Shown: positions 33,505-37,771 of the stretch, piece by piece
Layout: each line of letters starts with the position of its first letter
How positions within the stretch are numbered: position 1 is the first letter of the stretch
From: a virus
Taxonomy: Duplodnaviria > Caudoviricetes
DNA length: 37,771 nt
IMG/VR virus record: IMGVR_UViG_3300037722_000170
Span: 1 to 37,771 of that record
Reading direction: 5' to 3' (one strand)
Made by a program: the position numbers and the translations under genes
The notes under the pieces: model-generated
The model's input: the letters and a program-made list of their open reading frames with translations, nothing else
What the model was told of the DNA's origin: nothing
Databases searched by the model: none

Positions 33505-33691
33505 AATCCATGGCTTGGCCAATTGGTAAATTATCAATAACTTTTAAGTCTTTTTTAATTTTAATTCCGCGTTTGCTTGGTCCTCTTTTAGATTTTTTAC
33601 CCATAGCTGAAAAATGCTTATTACCATATTTTTTAAGAGTAGCTAAACCGCCCTTTTTACCTAGTTCTTTTGCTGATTCTTTTATGCCCAT
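33491..33691 (-). CDS. KGG-repeat basic protein
   Basis: LGKKGGLATLKKYGNKHFSAMGKK. Confidence 0.75.
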   Translation of the reverse strand: MGIKESAKELGKKGGLATLKKYGNKHFSAMGKKSKRGPSKRGIKIKKDLKVIDNLPIGQAMDYERE

Positions 33692-33696
33692 GCTTT

Positions 33697-33725
33697 ATGA
33701 TATAACCACCGCTTGTTAATGTCAA
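33697..33725 (-). promoter_or_regulatory. Sigma70 promoter, leaderless
   Basis: TTGACA-17 nt-TATCAT, with ATG 5 nt later. Confidence 0.75.
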
Positions 33726-34102
33726 GGGGCAACTGATAACTGCCCACAATGATTGCAATATAATAAGAACGTTATCTTTTTACATTTAATACACGGATGT
33801 TCTTTAGCCCAATTAGCTTTTTTAGATTTTGGTTTTTTATTCATAGGATCTCCTAAATTATCACGCTTTGTATGGCAAAGACACGGAAACTCGTTGCATA
33901 CCCAATCAATATTTTCTTTAGTATGCCCTCCGCCCTGACTTCTTTTAATCTTATGATCTGGCGTTAAATAGTGAGTATGAGAACAATCGACACAATATCC
34001 GTAAGGTCGGTTCTCTTTTAGTACAAACCTACCCTCTAATAGCGCTTCCTTGACGAGCTTTCTTTTTGCTCTTTGCCAGTCTTTTGTTTTTCTTCCTACC
34101 AT
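33722..34102 (-). CDS. HNH endonuclease with C-terminal zinc ribbon
   Basis: CVDC...DHKIKRSQGG...N...C..CH. Confidence 0.85.
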   Translation of the reverse strand: MVGRKTKDWQRAKRKLVKEALLEGRFVLKENRPYGYCVDCSHTHYLTPDHKIKRSQGGGHTKENIDWVCNEFPCLCHTKRDNLGDPMNKKPKSKKANWAKEHPCIKCKKITFLLYCNHCGQLSVAP

Positions 34103-34268
34103 GGTGTTTTAATCTTAAATGCTGAATCTTTCTAATATGATCGCATTTTTCTTTTCTAAATATAAAAGCCGGGCAGTCGCACCTAACATCTCCCATTGGC
34201 AGTTTTCTAACCGTATAGAAAACGCTCTTGTTAGTAAAAGACCTTACCTTATAGAACTTAGCTAACAT
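34029..34268 (-). CDS. SWIM zinc-finger protein
   Basis: VRS...YTV...CDCPAF...CDHI. Confidence 0.8.
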   Translation of the reverse strand: MLAKFYKVRSFTNKSVFYTVRKLPMGDVRCDCPAFIFRKEKCDHIRKIQHLRLKHHGRKKNKRLAKSKKKARQGSAIRG

Positions 34269-34270
34269 AA

Positions 34271-34588
34271 TTAAAATAACTCTGACTGCGACTTATCATC
34301 TCTTAAATCTTCCTCTTGATATTGTTTCATTTGTTGGTTTAACTTTTCCGTGTCATCTACATAAAAAAACTTAGTAGTGCCATTACTTAAAGTTTTGTTT
34401 TTAATATGCTCTTTTGCAAAACAAATACTTGAATGCTTACAATGACAGTCAAATTGCTCTCTGAGATCATAAATCCGAGCATTATATTGCCAAATTTTTA
34501 AGTCCATAATAAAAACTTTAGGATGACAGCCGCCGCTTCCTGCTTCTTTAAGCGCCCTTAATATTCTCATAGCTTGTGTTGATTTCAT
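34271..34588 (-). CDS. Winged-HTH DNA-binding protein
   Basis: TQAMRILRAL...YNARIYDLR. Confidence 0.7.
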   Translation of the reverse strand: MKSTQAMRILRALKEAGSGGCHPKVFIMDLKIWQYNARIYDLREQFDCHCKHSSICFAKEHIKNKTLSNGTTKFFYVDDTEKLNQQMKQYQEEDLRDDKSQSELF

Positions 34589-34707
34589 ATAGATAGGGCT
34601 AAGTAAATAAAAAAATCAAACGAAACAAGAGCTAAAAATAGCGGTAAAACTATCGCTAAAATAATACAAATAATATAATCGGTTTGTGTGTGGTTAAAGT
34701 CTATCAT
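34585..34707 (-). CDS. 40-aa membrane peptide (not in ORF track)
   Basis: MIDFNHTQTDYIICIILAIVLPLFLALVSFDFFIYLALSI*; ATGA overlaps on both sides. Confidence 0.55.
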   Translation of the reverse strand: MIDFNHTQTDYIICIILAIVLPLFLALVSFDFFIYLALSI

Positions 34708-35363
34708 TTAAATTGGCAGTTGTAGCTATAGAGGCACCAACGGTTAATACATTTACCATCTTGACTTAATCCGCTTGATTTTTCTCTATTTTTAATAGCG
34801 GTTTTTATGTCTTTTAATAAGGCTATACCTTTCATGACCCAATCTTCTGCATCTTTTACATCTTTATCTGTTGGCGATAAGTGCATAAGTTCTAATTTTT
34901 GTTTATCCCAAACATTTGGATCTCTGGGTCCTGTAATAAGGTAGTCATCCTTATAGGTTTTATCAAACCAAACGTATAGCTTTCTTTGATAAGATTTTTC
35001 AAACTTTCCAATACTCCAAGGGGTTGAACTTAGTTTAATCTCAAGCCTTTGCTTTAAATAGGGATTAAGTCCGTCTGCAAACCCTTGAAATATGTACTCT
35101 ACTCCACCTAAATTAAGAGTTTTAACAAACCTAAGTCTATCATCAAAGTCTCTTTCCTCAACAATAGGAAACGTTATATTAAGATATGATAACCGGGAGT
35201 CTTTTTTCTTACCAGATACATGAGCTTGAATGATTCTATGCCCTACTTTACCCTCGGTTAAATAAATAATCTCTGGCACTTCAGCGCCTAATAATTTATT
35301 AAGATACTCATGCGAGCTATTGTGTAGTTGGTTGAGGGAGCTATACGATAAGTATATTTTCAT
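34704..35363 (-). CDS. PD-(D/E)XK RecB/Cas4-like exonuclease
   Basis: LSYSS, G..H, GFADG, EIK and YQRKLY motifs, C-terminal Cys cluster. Confidence 0.8.
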   Translation of the reverse strand: MKIYLSYSSLNQLHNSSHEYLNKLLGAEVPEIIYLTEGKVGHRIIQAHVSGKKKDSRLSYLNITFPIVEERDFDDRLRFVKTLNLGGVEYIFQGFADGLNPYLKQRLEIKLSSTPWSIGKFEKSYQRKLYVWFDKTYKDDYLITGPRDPNVWDKQKLELMHLSPTDKDVKDAEDWVMKGIALLKDIKTAIKNREKSSGLSQDGKCINRWCLYSYNCQFK

Positions 35364-35745
35364 TCTGTCTTTTTTTAGACCAATAATTTCTAACTGCTAT
35401 TAGATGATTGTGTTTCCAAGTTTTTGAGAACTTCCTTCCTTTTCTCTGTTTGGCCATTTTTTCCTTAGTTTCTTGAGTATGTTTTTTACCCTTAAAAGGA
35501 TGACCAAACAACTCGTGTCTAAGTTTTATATTTTCAGAAGCAGTTACTATTCTCAAATTATCAATTCTATTATCTGTCTTAATTCCGTTTATATGATCTA
35601 TTTGCTCATCCCTTAAAAGAGGTCTCTGCAAAAAATTAGACATTATGAACCTATGCTCATATACCCACCCTCTACAATCAGCGTTTGGATGGCTTGGCAT
35701 TTTAACAAGAATATATCCTGTAGCTGTGTGCTTATATTTCTTCAT
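35341..35745 (-). CDS. HNH (HNH_3) plus NUMOD3 homing endonuclease
   Basis: YEHRFIM...DHINGIKTDNRIDNL and GKKHTQETKEKMA. Confidence 0.92.
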   Translation of the reverse strand: MKKYKHTATGYILVKMPSHPNADCRGWVYEHRFIMSNFLQRPLLRDEQIDHINGIKTDNRIDNLRIVTASENIKLRHELFGHPFKGKKHTQETKEKMAKQRKGRKFSKTWKHNHLIAVRNYWSKKRQNENILIV

Positions 35746-36106
35746 TGTCCTCGATAACTGCTATTCTTAATCTTTCACCTTCAACAACTCCCGGCACCTT
35801 ACCCCCAGCCTTAACTATTTTTTTAAGCTGTGATGAGTCTACTTTTTCTGTCACTTTTGTTGCTCCAAGCTCTCTTGCCTGATCCAGAGTAGTTTGGAAT
35901 CTTGTATCAATATATCTTGTTAAAAGCCATTTGCCTATTTTGTCGGACTTTAAATCCATTTTTTTAAGCCTTTCTGTAAGCTCCATTTTTATCCCAACAA
36001 TATCTTCTGTTGCCGTACTTATAGCAAGTTCTAAGTTTTCTTTTATCTCAAGAAGCTCTTCTGAGGTGTATTTTGTAATTTTTACTGGATCTATTATTTT
36101 TTTCAT
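35732..36106 (-). CDS. Recombination-module coiled-coil protein (Gp157/Gam-like)
   Basis: VDSSQLKK...GKVPGV C-terminal pattern; adjacent to the annealing protein. Confidence 0.55.
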   Translation of the reverse strand: MKKIIDPVKITKYTSEELLEIKENLELAISTATEDIVGIKMELTERLKKMDLKSDKIGKWLLTRYIDTRFQTTLDQARELGATKVTEKVDSSQLKKIVKAGGKVPGVVEGERLRIAVIEDNEEI

Positions 36107-36759
36107 TTGCCGGTTAATGATTTAATTTTTTCTACTGCTTGGTTAAAAGTCATATCTTTATTAAATTCTCCACCCATATTAGCTATTGTGTTTAACTGAG
36201 CCTCTGTGGCCGGAGCGTTATTATCAGGAATATTTTTATCTTTATTTTCAATCTTTTCTTTGACTACCTCTTGTGTTTTTTCTTCGTGTCTGTAAAGATC
36301 TAACCCAAGTCCAAGTCTTGCGGCACAATTTTTAAGAAGATCTGATGTTGCAGATTTAAATACATCCGCCCACGTTTGATTTCGGTTTGCTATAATTCTT
36401 TTTGCACCGCCAAATCCGTGCTTTCTTATAACGGCCTCTTTAGTTCGTACCTCAAGATAACCCTCAACCAAAGCTTCTTGATCTATTCTTTCACTTCGTG
36501 TAACAATAAGATCCCAATTAAGAGCAAGTGCAAAGTTTAAAGTCTCAGAAACGTAAGCGTGTTCTAGGTATGAAAACTCAGGATTGTCCGGTCCTTTTGG
36601 CTTTGATGGATTAAGTAGTCTCTTTCGAACCTCTCGTCCCGGTGTTTTTTGAAGAAGAATTGCCGCTTGAGCTAACCCTATTTTGGTAATTAAATCGTTT
36701 TTAAGATCTTTAATGTATGTCTCTCTGTCTTTAAATGTTAGCGCAAATTCATTTTTCAT
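36103..36759 (-). CDS. Rad52/Sak-like single-strand annealing protein
   Basis: FSYLEHAYVSETLN...W...KSATSDLLKNCAARLGLGLDLY; C-terminal ATEAQL motif. Confidence 0.88.
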   Translation of the reverse strand: MKNEFALTFKDRETYIKDLKNDLITKIGLAQAAILLQKTPGREVRKRLLNPSKPKGPDNPEFSYLEHAYVSETLNFALALNWDLIVTRSERIDQEALVEGYLEVRTKEAVIRKHGFGGAKRIIANRNQTWADVFKSATSDLLKNCAARLGLGLDLYRHEEKTQEVVKEKIENKDKNIPDNNAPATEAQLNTIANMGGEFNKDMTFNQAVEKIKSLTGK

Positions 36760-36786
36760 ATTTCTAATTTAACTAGCGATAGTTAT

Positions 36787-36816
36787 ATTATAAACTAGCT
36801 AATTATCGTTTGTCAA
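36787..36816 (-). promoter_or_regulatory. Consensus sigma70 promoter for the recombination operon
   Basis: TTGACA-18 nt-TATAAT. Confidence 0.8.
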
Positions 36817-36834
36817 GTCCTTTTTAATATAGCC

Positions 36835-37771
36835 TCAAAACAACTCTCCCTGAACTATTACCGCCTTAATCCGAGCCTCTGCTATCTTTACATACTCCCC
36901 GTCTTGTTCAATTCCTAAATAATTAAATCCTTGACTTTTACACGCCATAGCGGTTGTACCTGACCCTAAGAATGGATCAAGACATATTCCGTTAGGTGGT
37001 GTTACGAGTTTAACGAGATATTCCATAAGTTTCAGAGGTTTAACGGTTGGGTGGACGTTTTTCATCGTAGGGGCGTTTTCTCCTTGTTTATCTAATCGTT
37101 TCTCAACGCTTATCTCCCTACCAATACCACCACTATTTAACTGACTTGGCTTTTCCTCAAACCCCTCAAGTCCCATATTTCTTTCTGCTCTTGAGGCTTT
37201 GGCTACATAGAAAAATCTACTTGCACTTCCACTATCAGCATATTCAGGAGTATTATCATTTGGCATACCAAAACTACCTATTGTATTTCTATTTCTCTTT
37301 TTGTCACTACCCTTCTTTGTATTCGGAAACCCCCTCACTACTTCATCAGAACCATCGTGGATTAGGTTGGCTGGGAAGCGACCTGTCGCTATATTTTCTA
37401 CTTCCTTTGGCTTCCAATTATCATCTCTAAATGTTCCTGCTCCGTCTGGCTGTTTACTGCTCATTCCTTTATTTACTCTCTCTTCTGTCCCCACCCTACT
37501 CCCATCTATATTTATCCCACCCGTACCCCACTTTAAGACATTACTTGCTACGTTCTTTTCACTTAGGGGTTTTCTTGCAACAACAATAGGTTCTACTGCG
37601 GGTTTAAGAGCTGTACCGACCCCGAATGTGCTATTCGCCTGTGTTCCCCATTGTTTGCAAAAAGCACAAGGTTTTCTATCTGGTTGTTGCTTGGATTGCG
37701 GTCTATGTGATGCACTACTTCTATCCTCGTTAGAAGTCTGTTCAGATGTTGAGCCATTACCAATCTGTGTT
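36835..37771 (-). CDS. N4/N6 DNA methyltransferase, C-terminal part (joins 1-758)
   Basis: Frame is open from the window end: GTALKPAVEPIVVARKP...GRFPAN...SRFFY...HPTVKP...LDPFLGSGTT (SAM-binding motif). Confidence 0.93.
   Translation of the reverse strand, partial: TQIGNGSTSEQTSNEDRSSASHRPQSKQQPDRKPCAFCKQWGTQANSTFGVGTALKPAVEPIVVARKPLSEKNVASNVLKWGTGGINIDGSRVGTEERVNKGMSSKQPDGAGTFRDDNWKPKEVENIATGRFPANLIHDGSDEVVRGFPNTKKGSDKKRNRNTIGSFGMPNDNTPEYADSGSASRFFYVAKASRAERNMGLEGFEEKPSQLNSGGIGREISVEKRLDKQGENAPTMKNVHPTVKPLKLMEYLVKLVTPPNGICLDPFLGSGTTAMACKSQGFNYLGIEQDGEYVKIAEARIKAVIVQGELF
37593..37771 (-). CDS. Nested HNH endonuclease, C-terminal catalytic part (joins 1-310)
   Basis: HRLVMAQHLNRLLTRIEVVHHIDRNPSNNQIENLVLFANNGEHRRIAH...Q*; TAG at 37595-37593. 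Confidence 0.88.
   Translation of the reverse strand, partial: HRLVMAQHLNRLLTRIEVVHHIDRNPSNNQIENLVLFANNGEHRRIAHSGSVQLLNPQ

Noticed and set aside
34704-35363. cas4 as part of a CRISPR system
   Set aside because: No array or other cas genes; the context next to Sak indicates a recombination exonuclease.
6309-37430. Long plus-strand ORFs in the track (e.g. 6891-7214, 15439-15915, 18925-19494, 30007-30378)
   Set aside because: Antisense shadows of well-supported minus-strand genes, with no motifs or initiation signals.
1-37771. Alternative genetic code (stop-codon reassignment)
   Set aside because: Long genes are intact under code 11, and TAA, TAG and TGA all terminate genes at coupled junctions.

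Overview
This is an apparently complete, circular ~37.76 kb dsDNA phage genome. The last 9 nt repeat the first 9 nt, and two reading frames run cleanly across the join. Gene content is podovirus-like: adaptor, portal, nozzle, ejection proteins, TerS/TerL, scaffold, capsid, fibre and an M23 lysis cassette. It also has a lambda-O-like initiator with iterons, a Sak/Rad52 plus PD-(D/E)XK recombination pair, an RlaP-like nucleotidyltransferase and an N4/N6 DNA methyltransferase. No integrase, repressor, CRISPR array or reverse transcriptase is visible. All credible genes are on the minus strand except one 46-aa membrane peptide. The host cannot be read directly; the many Shine-Dalgarno (SD)-less, leaderless starts fit CPR/Patescibacteria-like hosts (inference only). 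The main finding is a 159-aa HNH endonuclease with its own promoter, hidden entirely in the +1 frame inside the methyltransferase, whose own frame stays open; the ORF track misses it because it spans the ends. Second, there is an ncRNA island at 2529-2941 with a 76-nt tmRNA-TLD/tRNA-Ala-like RNA and a pseudoknotted RNA. Third, a conserved AAGCGTTGTG leader hairpin occurs at four structural-gene promoters, and several intergenic pseudoknots are present. All protein calls come from motif recognition by eye, not database searches.
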